This document shows, piece by piece, positions 35,850 through 46,167 of a stretch of 64,000 nucleotides of DNA (the first letter of the stretch is position 1; each line of letters begins with the position of its first letter). The notes under the pieces were generated by a model that worked only from the letters and a program-made list of their open reading frames with translations, searched no databases and was not told where the DNA came from. This DNA comes from a candidate division WOR-3 bacterium (GTDB lineage: Bacteria > Hydrothermota > Tepidihabitantia > Tepidihabitantales > Tepidihabitantaceae). The stretch spans positions 93,844 through 157,843 of the forward strand of contig CBFGIT010000003.1 in assembly GCA_965648905.1 (NCBI GenBank), read 5' to 3'. The position numbers and the translations under genes were made by a program.

Positions 35850-37299
35850 GCACGGCGTCGAGATCGGCGGCGCCGAGGGCCCCGGTCAGGAACAGCAACG
35901 CAACGTAGACCGCGGGTGCGACGACAAGTCCGGGCCAGGCGCGCCAGGCCGATACCAGCACGGCAAGAACCGCAGCCGGCACCGCGGCAGCAACGGCCCG
36001 CGCGGTCGTGGCCGCGAGCACGCCCGGACGCAGCCGATGGGGGGCGCGCAGGCATCCGGCCAGCAGAACGGCTACGCCTGCGGCCTCCGCCGAGGCCAGG
36101 GCAATCGCCGCACCGGTCGCACCCAGCGATGGGATCAGCAGGAAGTTCAGAGCGGCGTTGACCGCAGCGCTCACGCCCGCTTGGCAGGTGACGAGCCGCT
36201 GGCGGTTCGCGGAGAAGAGCAGGTTGCTCAGCATGACGTTCAGGGTGGCAAATGCGCCCCACCAGACCAAGACGACCAGCACCCGTACCGCACCGGCGTA
36301 GCCGCCGCCGTAGAGGACGGCCACGACCGGCTTCGCCAGCGCCAGACCGAGCACGCCCTGCGCGACCGCCAGGTTGATAGCGAACCGCAGGGACCGCTCT
36401 GCCGGCTCGGGCCAGCGCTGCGGGTCTGCCGCGAACAACCGGGATATCACCGGGTACACGGCGCCGGAAAAGGAAACGCCGAGGAATCCGACACCCGCGA
36501 CAAGCCGAAAGGCAGCACCGAACTCACCCACCGCTACCTCCCCGGTGATCTTGGACAGAATCGTCGAGCCGCTCCAGTAGTAGAACGCCACCAAGATGGT
36601 GGTGATCCAGAACGGCGTCGAACTGCGCAACAGGGGAACCCATCTCCGCAGTCTGAAGTCCAGCGCCGGGCGGACGAAGCGCATGGACACGGTCGCGAAC
36701 AGCACCACGGCCGCCAGCACACTCGCCGCAGTCGCGACGACGGCGTAGCTCACGACCGACGGTGCCAGCCGCGACACCGCGATGGCGCCGGCAATCATGA
36801 CCACCGTCTGCGCGATCCTGGCCAGTGCCGTATAGGCGTTGCTCTCGAAGGCCTGCACGACGTTGGCGTAGAAGAGCACCAGCATGTTCGAAACCATCAT
36901 CGCGCTGCAAACCGCGACCACCTGCACGGTCGCGCCGGGGTATCCCAAGAGTAGAGCCGCCCCGACGGCCGTCGCCGCGACCAGGAGCGATGACGCCAGC
37001 CTGATGCTGACGCCGCGGCTCACGAATCCGTACGCCACGCCCCGGTCGCGGGCAATCTCTCGCGTCGCCAGCATACCGATGCCCAGGTCCGCCAGCACGG
37101 AGAAGAGGCTGATGAAGGCAAGGCTGAATGACAGCACCCCGAACCCGGCCACGCCGAGATGTCGGGCCGCGGTCGTGTAGAAGACGAGCGACATCACCCG
37201 ACCGGCAGCATCGGCGATTGCCAAGAAGAAGGTGTTGCTCGCTACGCTCCGGCTGGCCGGCCCGGTCGACGGAGCCGAGGCGTGGCCCTCAGGATCCAT
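35821..37299 (-). CDS. wzx: Polysaccharide flippase
   Basis: ARHLGVAGFG, ADLGIG..REIAR, VGEFGAAFRL, LLIPSLGATGAAIA; start ATG 37299 inferred. Confidence 0.9.
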   Translation of the reverse strand: MDPEGHASAPSTGPASRSVASNTFFLAIADAAGRVMSLVFYTTAARHLGVAGFGVLSFSLAFISLFSVLADLGIGMLATREIARDRGVAYGFVSRGVSIRLASSLLVAATAVGAALLLGYPGATVQVVAVCSAMMVSNMLVLFYANVVQAFESNAYTALARIAQTVVMIAGAIAVSRLAPSVVSYAVVATAASVLAAVVLFATVSMRFVRPALDFRLRRWVPLLRSSTPFWITTILVAFYYWSGSTILSKITGEVAVGEFGAAFRLVAGVGFLGVSFSGAVYPVISRLFAADPQRWPEPAERSLRFAINLAVAQGVLGLALAKPVVAVLYGGGYAGAVRVLVVLVWWGAFATLNVMLSNLLFSANRQRLVTCQAGVSAAVNAALNFLLIPSLGATGAAIALASAEAAGVAVLLAGCLRAPHRLRPGVLAATTARAVAAAVPAAVLAVLVSAWRAWPGLVVAPAVYVALLFLTGALGAADLDAVRGFVRARNA

Positions 37300-38524
37300 C
37301 CACCGCGTCTCGGCTCTTTGCCCGGGTGCGAACCCGCGGCAAGGTGGCGGCCAGGCGCGCCAGGAAACCCATCCATGCGCCATGTTCGTCGGGGCGCGTT
37401 TCGCGCAGCACGCTGAAGTACTCACCGACGAAGGCCATCGCCAGCCCAGTGGCCAAGCCGACGAAGAACACGGCCGCAACCATCGCGGCCCGTCGCGGAT
37501 AGCTCTTGCGCTCCGGCGGGACCGCGTAGTCCAGCACGGTCAGGGTAGGGGCATCGCGGGCTTCGAGGATGCAGGCGTACTGATACTGCTGGTACAGCGT
37601 CGCGTATGATTCTTCCTGTATCCGGTAGTCGCGGTAGCGACGCGTGAACTCCGCGGCGACATCGGGTAGACGCTCAAAGGAAACGCCGAAGCCCACGCCG
37701 AAGCCCGACGCCGTGTTGCCGCGCTCCAGCTTGGCCAGCTCGCCGCGGAAGCCGGCTACTTCCCGAGCCAGGTTGGCGACGTACGGGTTGTCCTCGCTGG
37801 CCGCGGTCCTCGCGGCCTGCAGCTCTGCTTCTCTGGCACTCAGTTGCGACTTCAGCCTGGCATAAGCGTCAATCGCTGCCCTGGTCTCATCGTCGACCGC
37901 TGCTACCTTGTGTCGCTGCTGGAACGTTCTCATTGAGTCACGTGCCTCTGCCAAGGTTGTCTCGACCTGCGCGAGCCGATGTTCAATGAACATCCGCATA
38001 TTACGGCCGCGACTGATGTTGGAGTGCCGTAGAAAGCTGTCCAGCTCCGCGACGTACGCGTTGGCAACCTTGGCGGCCAGCGGGCGCGTCTTCGCCTCGA
38101 CGACGATGCGGACGATGCCCTGGTCGGTCGCGCCGATGTGCGTCATCTTGCCCAACTGCTTGGCGGCACCTTCGGCGACGTTCTTGCGTATGCGGTAGTA
38201 GTAGGCGATGCTGCAGCGTTCGGCGACGCGGCCGGTAATCGTTCCGCTGCGGAGAATGCCGACCATCAGGTCTGATGCCGGCGAACCGCCCATCATGCCA
38301 GCTCGCAGCTTACCCAGGCTGCCGGTCATGCCGCCACTGAGCAGACTCGTCATCCCGAACAGGTCGCCCTCATCGTTGGGAGGAAGAAGTTGGGCGGTGG
38401 CGGTGTAGCGTGGCGGCAGCAGAAAGCTGACAATCACCGCCAGTGCGGTCATCACGACCGTGTTCCAGAAAATGAGCTTGCGCCACTTCAGAATGACGCC
38501 TAGATACTTGACGAGGCGGTTCAC
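37289..38524 (-). CDS. wzz: Polysaccharide chain-length determinant (Wzz/GumC-like)
   Basis: N-terminal TM followed by PPRYTATAQLLPP; coiled coil; VLDYAVPPERKSYPRR followed by a TM. Confidence 0.85.
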   Translation of the reverse strand: MNRLVKYLGVILKWRKLIFWNTVVMTALAVIVSFLLPPRYTATAQLLPPNDEGDLFGMTSLLSGGMTGSLGKLRAGMMGGSPASDLMVGILRSGTITGRVAERCSIAYYYRIRKNVAEGAAKQLGKMTHIGATDQGIVRIVVEAKTRPLAAKVANAYVAELDSFLRHSNISRGRNMRMFIEHRLAQVETTLAEARDSMRTFQQRHKVAAVDDETRAAIDAYARLKSQLSAREAELQAARTAASEDNPYVANLAREVAGFRGELAKLERGNTASGFGVGFGVSFERLPDVAAEFTRRYRDYRIQEESYATLYQQYQYACILEARDAPTLTVLDYAVPPERKSYPRRAAMVAAVFFVGLATGLAMAFVGEYFSVLRETRPDEHGAWMGFLARLAATLPRVRTRAKSRDAVDGS

Positions 38525-38549
38525 GCTGGTAGTGTAGGGAAACTCGCCG

Positions 38550-39692
38550 CTAAGTCAAACGCTGCCTGCCGCAGTAGTGGCTGAGCGCGGCCCGAATTCG
38601 GCCTGCTGCCTTGCCATCACCGAACGGGTTTGCTGCCCGGGCCATCGTGCGGTAGGCTGCCGGTGAGCTGAGCAGCCGCTCTGCCGCCGAGACAATCCGG
38701 TTGACGTCAGTGCCCACAAGCCGGGCGGTTCCGGCCTGAATCGCTTCGGGCCGCTCGGTCTTGTCGCGCATGACCAGTACCGGTTTGCCCAGCGCCGGCG
38801 CTTCTTCCTGAATCCCGCCGGAATCGGTGAGTACGAGGTAAGACCGCGCAAGCAGTCGGGCGAACGCCGAGTACTCAACCGGCTCGATAAGGTGGATGCG
38901 CTTCTGGCGGCCGAGCAGCCTGTAGACCGGCACATGGACATTCGGGTTGGGATGAACCGGATAGACTATCTCGACGTCAGGGTTACGACGCGCCAGGCTC
39001 TTCAGAGCCCGGCAGATGCGAACGAGTGGTGGGCCGAAGCTCTCCCGGCGATGGGCGGTGACGAGGAGGAGCTTCTGGGTCGGAGGAAACGGCCCGATTC
39101 CCTTAGTCGGAATCGGGTCATGTCCCTTCTGGTTCTGCAACACCAGCCTGAGGGCATCGATGACGGTGTTGCCGGTCACACGGATGGTCTTGCGCGGCAC
39201 GCCTTCACGCAGCAGGTTGTCCCGGGCCCAGACTGTGGGTGCGAAATGGAGGTCGGCGAGCGAGCTGATAAGACGACGATTCATTTCTTCCGGGAATGGC
39301 GCGTACTTGTCGCGCGTTCTCAGACCGGCTTCGACGTGACCGACCGGAACCCGGCAGTAGAAGGCGGCAAGAGCAGCAGCCAGGGCAGTTGTTGTGTCAC
39401 CCTGTACCACGACCATTGCCGGCTTCACTTCATCCAACACCGATTCAACGCCGCGCAGGGTCTTGACGGTGACATCAAAGAGCGACTGCCCCTCCTGCAT
39501 GATATTCAGGTCGTAGTCAGGCCTGATGTCGAACAACTCAATCGTGTGGTCGAGAATGCGCCGGTGTTGCGCCGTCACCAGCACCACCGGTCTCCACTTC
39601 TTTGGATGCCGGCGCAGTTCGAGTATCACTGGTGCGAGTTTGATTGCCTCGGGCCGGGTGCCGAAGGCGAAAACGATGGGGCGTCGCTTCAA
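38550..39692 (-). CDS. wecB: UDP-N-acetylglucosamine 2-epimerase (non-hydrolysing)
   Basis: FGTRPEAIK, VQGDTTT, HVEAGLRT, HRRES, TDSGGIQEEAP, NPFGDG. Confidence 0.97.
   Translation of the reverse strand: MKRRPIVFAFGTRPEAIKLAPVILELRRHPKKWRPVVLVTAQHRRILDHTIELFDIRPDYDLNIMQEGQSLFDVTVKTLRGVESVLDEVKPAMVVVQGDTTTALAAALAAFYCRVPVGHVEAGLRTRDKYAPFPEEMNRRLISSLADLHFAPTVWARDNLLREGVPRKTIRVTGNTVIDALRLVLQNQKGHDPIPTKGIGPFPPTQKLLLVTAHRRESFGPPLVRICRALKSLARRNPDVEIVYPVHPNPNVHVPVYRLLGRQKRIHLIEPVEYSAFARLLARSYLVLTDSGGIQEEAPALGKPVLVMRDKTERPEAIQAGTARLVGTDVNRIVSAAERLLSSPAAYRTMARAANPFGDGKAAGRIRAALSHYCGRQRLT
39084..39126. repeat. REP/MITE-like palindrome inside wecB
   Basis: Coding strand GGGACATGACCCGATTCC-GACTAAG-GGAATCGGGCCGTTTCCT, encoding GHDPIPTKGIGPFP. 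Confidence 0.75.
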
Positions 39693-42166
39693 TGTGCCTC
39701 TCCCCAGTTTAGACCGACGCCGACGCTGACCTCAAGGGGCACGTCGAGTTTCCAGGCGTTCTGCATCTCTGCCCTTACCAGTTCCCGTGCTTGCTCCACC
39801 CGTTCCTTTCGGATCTCGAAGACCAGCTCATCGTGCACTTGCAGGATCATGCCGGTTCCAAAGTCCTGTCCGGCCAGCTTTTCTTCGAGCCGCAGCATCG
39901 CCTGCTTCATGATGTCCGCGGCGGACCCCTGGACCGGAGCATTGATGGCCGCGCGTCGGGCAGCTTCTACCTGCGTCCGGTTGCCGTCGGCAACGCCCGG
40001 CACGGGTCGAATCCGGCCCGATATCGTCCGAACGACGCCGGACTCCTTTGCCTTGTCGATCAAGTCCTCGCGCCACCGCGCAACACCGGAGAACCTGAGC
40101 ATGTACTCATCGAGGAAACTCTGCGCCTGCTCGACCGGGATATCGGTCCGCCACGAAAGGCCATAGCCGCCCATGCCATAGATGAGACCGTAGTTGACCA
40201 TCTTGGCAATCCGACGGTGCTCTTCTGTGACCTTGTCTTGGTCAATCCCGAGGATCGCGGCCGCGGTGTGTACATGAATGTCCGCGCCCGACTTGAATGC
40301 CGCAATGAGCGCCTCATCCTGAGACAGGTGAGCAAGCACCCGCAGCTCAATCTGTGAATAGTCGGCAGACAACAGCATGCTGCCTTCGCCGGCGATGAAC
40401 CCCTGGCGGATGCGCCGGCCGACCTCGGTGCGTATCGGGACGTTCTGCAGGTTCGGGTCCGACGATGACAGCCGGCCGGTTGCGGTTCCGGTCTGGTTGA
40501 ACCGGCAGTGAATCCTGCCAGTTTCAGGGGCGGCGGTCACGCACAGGGGCCTAAGGTACGTGCCGCGCAGCTTGGCCATCTCTCGGAACTTGAGGACCAG
40601 CCGGGCAATCTCGTGTTCCTTGGCCAGTTCGTCAAGCACGTCGGCGCTCGTCGAGAACCCGGTCTTGGTCCGCCTGCCTTTGGCCAGTTTGAGCTTGTCG
40701 AACAACACCTCACCGAGCTGCTTCGGCGAACTGATGTTGAACTCGACCCCGGCCAACGCATGTACCTGCTGCTCAATCCGCCTCTGCTCACTGCCCAGTT
40801 CCTCTTCCAGTTCGCGAAACAGTTGCACGTCGACCTTGATGCCCCGTTCCTCCATGCGTGCGAGCACCGGAACCAGCGGCATGTCGAGATGCTCAGCAAC
40901 CGGCGCAAGTCCCAGCGCCTGAACCTGAGGCACCATCTGCTGGTAGACCGCCCAAACCTCTGCCGGCCGCGCCTGGGCTGCGACCGGCCGGACGGTGCGG
41001 CCGAGCACCTGCATGACTATGTCTTCAAGTTCGAACCGCTTTCGGTTCGGGTCCAGAAGCCACGCGCCGATTTCCACGTCGAACAGGGGCATGCTGATAT
41101 CTACGCCGGTGCTTCGCAACGCCTTTGCCTGATCTTTGAGCCGGTGGCCAATCTTGAGCAGGGCTTTGTCCTCTAGGAGCTGGCGAATCGCCTCCCGGTC
41201 CGCCTCGGGCACAAGCGCAGTCTTCTCGCCGTCAGAGACCCAGAGTCCGGTCCCAGATGAGAACTCCAGCGCGACTCGGCGTCGGCGTCGCAGTTCGTCA
41301 ACACCGCGAAACTCGCTGACCTCGACCGCCTTCGCCGGCTCAGGCTCAGCCTCGGCCAGCATGTCGCGAAAATCCATCTCCCGGAATATGTCTTGCAGCT
41401 TGCGCGCATCCCCTTTGCCCGGCACTAGTGCCTGCTCGCTTACCTCAAGCTCAACCTTAGTGTCGATTGTCGCCAGCTCCTTACTGAGCCGTGCGAGCTC
41501 GGCATGGGGCATAACACGCTTGTCGAAATCAATCGCCCGTTCAACTGAGCCGTGCTTCATGAGGATGTCCAAGGCTCGCTTCGGCCCAACGCCCGGCACT
41601 CCAGGAATGTTGTCAGAGGCATCCCCGCTTAGCCCCAGAAAGTCAGGCACTTGGGCCGGAGCAACGCCCAGTTTCTCCTTCACGTCCTCAGATTTGAACC
41701 GCTTTCCCTTCCACGGGTCGTACGCGGTGATCCTGCCGCCGACCAGTTGCAGCAGGTCCTTGTCCGAGGTGGCTATCGTCACGTCGTAGCCCTTGGCCGC
41801 GAACTGAACCGCCAAGGTCCCCAGCACATCGTCGGCCTCGGTATTGGGTTTTTCGAACAGCGCCAGGCCCCATGCCTTGACCATGTCCTTGACAATCGGT
41901 ATCTGGCGCGGCAGTTCGTCGGGCGCAGGCGGCCGTTGAATCTTGTACTGCTCGTACTTCTCGTGCCGGAACGTCCTGCCCGGAGCGTCAAACACAATTG
42001 CGACCAGTTCCGGCTTCAACTCACCAAGGAGTTTGCGCAAGGTTTGGGCAAAGCCGAAGATCGCCGAAGTGTTGAACCCCTTTGAGTTCCTCAGTGGATT
42101 CCGAATGAACGCGAAGAAACTTCGATAGATGACCGAATGGCCGTCAACCAGCAGTAGCGTCTTCAC
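39689..42166 (-). CDS. polA: DNA polymerase I
   Basis: LLVDGHS, EADDV, GDASDNIPGVPGVG, TATGRLSS, ADYSQIELR, QVHDEL; GTG 42166 overlaps the upstream stop. Confidence 0.97.
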   Translation of the reverse strand: MKTLLLVDGHSVIYRSFFAFIRNPLRNSKGFNTSAIFGFAQTLRKLLGELKPELVAIVFDAPGRTFRHEKYEQYKIQRPPAPDELPRQIPIVKDMVKAWGLALFEKPNTEADDVLGTLAVQFAAKGYDVTIATSDKDLLQLVGGRITAYDPWKGKRFKSEDVKEKLGVAPAQVPDFLGLSGDASDNIPGVPGVGPKRALDILMKHGSVERAIDFDKRVMPHAELARLSKELATIDTKVELEVSEQALVPGKGDARKLQDIFREMDFRDMLAEAEPEPAKAVEVSEFRGVDELRRRRRVALEFSSGTGLWVSDGEKTALVPEADREAIRQLLEDKALLKIGHRLKDQAKALRSTGVDISMPLFDVEIGAWLLDPNRKRFELEDIVMQVLGRTVRPVAAQARPAEVWAVYQQMVPQVQALGLAPVAEHLDMPLVPVLARMEERGIKVDVQLFRELEEELGSEQRRIEQQVHALAGVEFNISSPKQLGEVLFDKLKLAKGRRTKTGFSTSADVLDELAKEHEIARLVLKFREMAKLRGTYLRPLCVTAAPETGRIHCRFNQTGTATGRLSSSDPNLQNVPIRTEVGRRIRQGFIAGEGSMLLSADYSQIELRVLAHLSQDEALIAAFKSGADIHVHTAAAILGIDQDKVTEEHRRIAKMVNYGLIYGMGGYGLSWRTDIPVEQAQSFLDEYMLRFSGVARWREDLIDKAKESGVVRTISGRIRPVPGVADGNRTQVEAARRAAINAPVQGSAADIMKQAMLRLEEKLAGQDFGTGMILQVHDELVFEIRKERVEQARELVRAEMQNAWKLDVPLEVSVGVGLNWGEAH

Positions 42167-42894
42167 GCCGAACCGCAGCGGGCCGCGCGCGCCAGCAGCG
42201 TCGCTCGGACATAGGCCTCGAACGACGAGCCCGCATCCTGCCACCAGCCCTTAAGGACGTCGTGCGACAGCTGGCCCTGCTCAAGGTACCGGTTGTTTAC
42301 ATCGGTAATCTCAAGTTCGTTGCGCCGCGACGGCTTCAGAGTCCGAATGATGTCGAACACCTGCGCGTCGTACATGTAGCAGCCGGTCACGGCCAGTCTG
42401 CTGCGGGGCCGCTTCGGTTTCTCAACAATCCTCACTACCTTGTCCCGGCGCACCTCGGCGACGCCGAACCGCTTCGGCTCATCGACCTCTTTCAGAAGAA
42501 TCCGTGCGCCCCGGTCCTGCTGACGGAACTTGATCACGTACGGCGTCAAGTCTTCTTCAAACAGGTTGTCGCCCAGAATCGCGACAACCCGTTCACCTTC
42601 GACAAAGTCCTCAGCCAAAGCCAGCGCCGCAGCAATCCCCCCCGAGCCCTCCTGATAAGTATAGTGGATCCGCCTGAGTCCGAACTCCTTACCGTTCTCG
42701 AGCAGGCGCAAGAAGTCACCGGCGCTGTTACCACCGGTCACGACCATCACGTCCTTGATGCCCGCCTGGACCAGCTTTTCGATCGGGTAATAGACCATCG
42801 GCCGGTCATAGACCGGCAGCAGGTGCTTGTTGGTTATCTTGGTCAGCGGCAGCAGGCGCGTGCCCGAACCACCGGCGAGGACGACACCTTTCAT
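42163..42894 (-). CDS. Glucose-1-phosphate thymidylyltransferase (RmlA/SpsI-like, short form)
   Basis: LAGGSGTRLLP, KHLLPVYDRPM, LGDN, EKP, SRRNELEITD. Confidence 0.92.
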   Translation of the reverse strand: MKGVVLAGGSGTRLLPLTKITNKHLLPVYDRPMVYYPIEKLVQAGIKDVMVVTGGNSAGDFLRLLENGKEFGLRRIHYTYQEGSGGIAAALALAEDFVEGERVVAILGDNLFEEDLTPYVIKFRQQDRGARILLKEVDEPKRFGVAEVRRDKVVRIVEKPKRPRSRLAVTGCYMYDAQVFDIIRTLKPSRRNELEITDVNNRYLEQGQLSHDVLKGWWQDAGSSFEAYVRATLLARAARCGSA

Positions 42895-42995
42895 CTTGCC
42901 GAGTATAGCCGTGCACCGCAGACAATCAAGCCAGGAGCGGTCGCCGCTGGCGCGGGCATTGACGTCCGGCCTGTTCTTTGTAACACTCTGACACG

Positions 42996-44897
42996 GTGAG
43001 CCACATCCCTAGACCCGGCAGCCGTGGCTGGTTGATTCCGGCCCTAATCCTGGCCGCAGCCGCAGGCCTACGCACGTGCTACTTCCTGGTCTACAACGCC
43101 CGGTTACCCTTTGCCCAGCACCCGTTCGGCGACGCCGAGCTGTACCTGACCTGGGCAAAGGAAATCGCTGCCAGTGCCGCGCCTGCAGGTGTGTTCTATC
43201 GTGCGCCGCTCTACCCGTATCTTGTCGCCCTGCTGCTTGCAGCGCGGTCCAGCCTTGGCGCAATTTATCTGTTCCAGATGTTGCTCGGACTTGGCACACT
43301 GGTTATCAGCTTCCTCGTGGCACGGCGGCTGTTCGGATATGCTGCGGCCTGCATCGCCCTGGGTTTGCTCGCCTTGACCGCACCGCTGCTGTTCTTTGAG
43401 AGCAAACTGCTCGGCGCCACGCTGGTGCTGTTCCTTGTCACGCTCGGTACGTTTCTTGTCGTTGTCGCGGCGGAGAGACGCCGTCGCTGGTCATGGCTCT
43501 TCGCCGGTGTATGCTTCGGACTCGCCGCAATTACCTGGCCCGGCACGCTCGTCGTATTTGGCGTAATCTGCATCTGGGCCTTGGCCGGGCGGGTTGTCGG
43601 CCACAAAGCACTGCCCTTGGGCATCGCTGCCTGTCTTTCCGTCGTCCTAGTCGTGACCATACGCAATGCTGTGGTCGGAGCCGACTTCGTTCCCATCAGC
43701 GCGAACGGCGGGTTCACCTTCTATCAGGGCAACAACCGTCTTGCCGCCGGCACCTTGGCTCAGCCGCCTGAAGTCTTTGAGTTCCTGCACCATGGTCGGC
43801 ACCTGACGACCATCGCTGAGCAGGAGGAGTTCGAGCGGCGCTTTGTCGCAGCCCAGCTCGGCTACGAACCCAAATCCTCCCGGGTCTCGCAATTCTGGCT
43901 GCGCCGCGCTCTGTCCTGGATGACGGCTAACCCCGGTCCGTTCCTGCTCCTGCTCGGCCGCAAGGCCGTGCTGGCCCTGTCCGACTACGAATCGCCTTCA
44001 GACCACAACATCGAACTGGAAAAGAGCCTGGTCTGGCCCCTGCGTCTCGCCTTTGTCCGGTTTGGCATGGTGCTTGCACTGGCCGTACTCGGACTGCTGC
44101 TGGCCCGTGACCGGCGCGCCTGGCTGCTGTACGCGGTGGTCGCTGGAACGTTCGCCGTGCTTCTCTTGTTCTACGTTGCTGACCGCTACCGTCTGCCTAT
44201 GCTCCCGGCGCTGGCGATTCTTGGCGGTGCAGGCGCGCACCGGTTGTGGCGTCTGGCTCGTCAACGCCGATTGAGCGCGATTCCAGTTGCTGCCACTGCT
44301 GCGGCCTTCCTTCTGTCCACGTTTGGCTTCACGCTGCCCCTGCGTCGTGGTTCAGACCTGCTTCTGGCCAACGCCTGGACCAATCTCGCCACCGCACACC
44401 TGTCTGCTGGCAACCCGGACGCGGCCCGGTCGGCGTGGCGGCAGGCTGAGGCAGTCTACGTCCGACATGCCGCAACCCTGAACCGACAGGAGCAGCTTGC
44501 CGCCGCCGAGGTGGCGCGGCTGCTGAGGACAGTTGTGCCTGCCGACATGGCCCAGGCCACCGACTTCCTGCTGCACGGCGACACCACTGCGGCGATTCGG
44601 CTGCTGGAGACATCCATTGCCCGCGATTCCTCCGACCCAACGGCATGGCTTCTTCTGGGTTCTCTCTACGGTTTTCAGCGACGACATCACGACGCACGGC
44701 TGGCATTGTCTCGAGCGGTACGGATGTTCCCGGACGACCCGGCACTCAGGTACAACCTGGCGCTTGCTGCTTTCCGAGAAAATGACTTCGGCACATCCCT
44801 AGCCGCAGCGGAGGAGTTGCTGAAACTCGTCCCGGGCCACGAACCAGGTCGCCGCCTTGCCGAAGCTTCCCGCCACCGCCTTGCCGGACCCAAGTGA
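42996..44897 (+). CDS. GT-C fold (PMT-like) membrane glycosyltransferase with C-terminal TPRs
   Basis: GDAELY..WA, FYRAPLYPY, NGGFTFYQGNN, RYRLP; TPR-like AWLLLGSLY and YNLALA. Confidence 0.8.
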   Translation: MSHIPRPGSRGWLIPALILAAAAGLRTCYFLVYNARLPFAQHPFGDAELYLTWAKEIAASAAPAGVFYRAPLYPYLVALLLAARSSLGAIYLFQMLLGLGTLVISFLVARRLFGYAAACIALGLLALTAPLLFFESKLLGATLVLFLVTLGTFLVVVAAERRRRWSWLFAGVCFGLAAITWPGTLVVFGVICIWALAGRVVGHKALPLGIAACLSVVLVVTIRNAVVGADFVPISANGGFTFYQGNNRLAAGTLAQPPEVFEFLHHGRHLTTIAEQEEFERRFVAAQLGYEPKSSRVSQFWLRRALSWMTANPGPFLLLLGRKAVLALSDYESPSDHNIELEKSLVWPLRLAFVRFGMVLALAVLGLLLARDRRAWLLYAVVAGTFAVLLLFYVADRYRLPMLPALAILGGAGAHRLWRLARQRRLSAIPVAATAAAFLLSTFGFTLPLRRGSDLLLANAWTNLATAHLSAGNPDAARSAWRQAEAVYVRHAATLNRQEQLAAAEVARLLRTVVPADMAQATDFLLHGDTTAAIRLLETSIARDSSDPTAWLLLGSLYGFQRRHHDARLALSRAVRMFPDDPALRYNLALAAFRENDFGTSLAAAEELLKLVPGHEPGRRLAEASRHRLAGPK

Positions 44898-44911
44898 CCG
44901 GCGCGGAAGTA

Positions 44912-46036
44912 CTAGAGCTGCTTTTCCATCACCCGATAGTGTTTGTAGACCTCGGCCCCCAGTTCCCGGTCGAAGTCATTGATGAGACGGTTGTCCTCGA
45001 GGTTCCAGGACAACTCGCACCACTGATACCCGCGGCGCCGCATGAACAGCTCGGTCTCGTAGAAGAGCAACACGGGCAGGCCCAGGCGGCGGTACTCCTG
45101 CTTGAACCCGAACACCAGCGCGCGCGCGCCGGTGATCCGTCTCTTGTAGTACAGGAACTTGACGACCTCAATCGGCCCGAGCCGGCCGGCGAGCCGCTTG
45201 AGCACCTGATTCATGTCCGGCAGAGTAATTGACAAGCCAGCTGGCTTCCCGTCATAGAAAGCCAGAAGTACCATCTCCGGTACCGCGAAGTTCTTCAGGT
45301 TCGCGGCCAACAGGTCCATCTCCCGACTGGTCATCGGTGCAAAGCCCCAGTTCTTCTGCCACGACTCGTTGTACAGCTCTTTGATCAACGCCATCTCATG
45401 GTTCAGGTCCTTCATGTTGACCGGCCGAACCGTAATGCGGGGATTCTGTCTCAGCTTATCTGCCAGTTCGATGAACCGCTGGGGCATCGGTGTCGAGCTG
45501 TACTTGATAAACGCCAGCAGGTCCTTGGCCTTGACCAGACCCCAGTTCTCAGCCAGCCTCAGATAGTAGGGCGGGTTGTAGGGCATCATCACGACCGGCG
45601 CCTGGTCATAGGCATCGAGCAGCCAGCCCCACTCATCGTTCGATGAAGGACTCATCGGCCCGCGCAGGACATTCATGCCCTGCCCCCTGACCCAGGCCGC
45701 TGCTGCGTCGAACAGCGCACTGGCGGCCATCTGGTTGTCTTCGCATTCGAAGAAACCGAATGAGCCGAGCCGCTCGTTCCAGAGCTGGTTGTAGTTGTCA
45801 TCCACCTGGGCGCTGATTCGTCCGACCACGCGGCCATCCTCTTCGGCAAGGAACAACACACCTTGCGCGTGCTCCCAGAACGGATGGTGCCGGTGGTCGA
45901 GCATCGCCCGTACTTCCTTCTTCAAGGGAGGCACCCAGTTCGGGTTGTTACGGTACAGCCGGAACGGCAGGTTGATGAACTGCCGCATCTGGGCAGTGGT
46001 CCTGACCGACGTGATGGTGACCACGCTAGAGCTCAA
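44912..46036 (-). CDS. GNAT-family N-acetyltransferase (YghO-like)
   Basis: FINLPFRLY..NPNWVPPL, GRISA, FGFFE, MPYNPPYY, NWGFAP, ELSWNLEDN. Confidence 0.88.
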   Translation of the reverse strand: MSSSVVTITSVRTTAQMRQFINLPFRLYRNNPNWVPPLKKEVRAMLDHRHHPFWEHAQGVLFLAEEDGRVVGRISAQVDDNYNQLWNERLGSFGFFECEDNQMAASALFDAAAAWVRGQGMNVLRGPMSPSSNDEWGWLLDAYDQAPVVMMPYNPPYYLRLAENWGLVKAKDLLAFIKYSSTPMPQRFIELADKLRQNPRITVRPVNMKDLNHEMALIKELYNESWQKNWGFAPMTSREMDLLAANLKNFAVPEMVLLAFYDGKPAGLSITLPDMNQVLKRLAGRLGPIEVVKFLYYKRRITGARALVFGFKQEYRRLGLPVLLFYETELFMRRRGYQWCELSWNLEDNRLINDFDRELGAEVYKHYRVMEKQL

Positions 46037-46167
46037 TCGGGTGGAGTGTAATCATCTTAGCGTAATCGACATTAGCTCACTCCTGCCCATTGTCAAGATA
46101 TTCATTCGCCCGTAATTGCTGGCGCCACACGGCTTGACCCGACCGCAACCCGAATCTAGGCTTCAGA

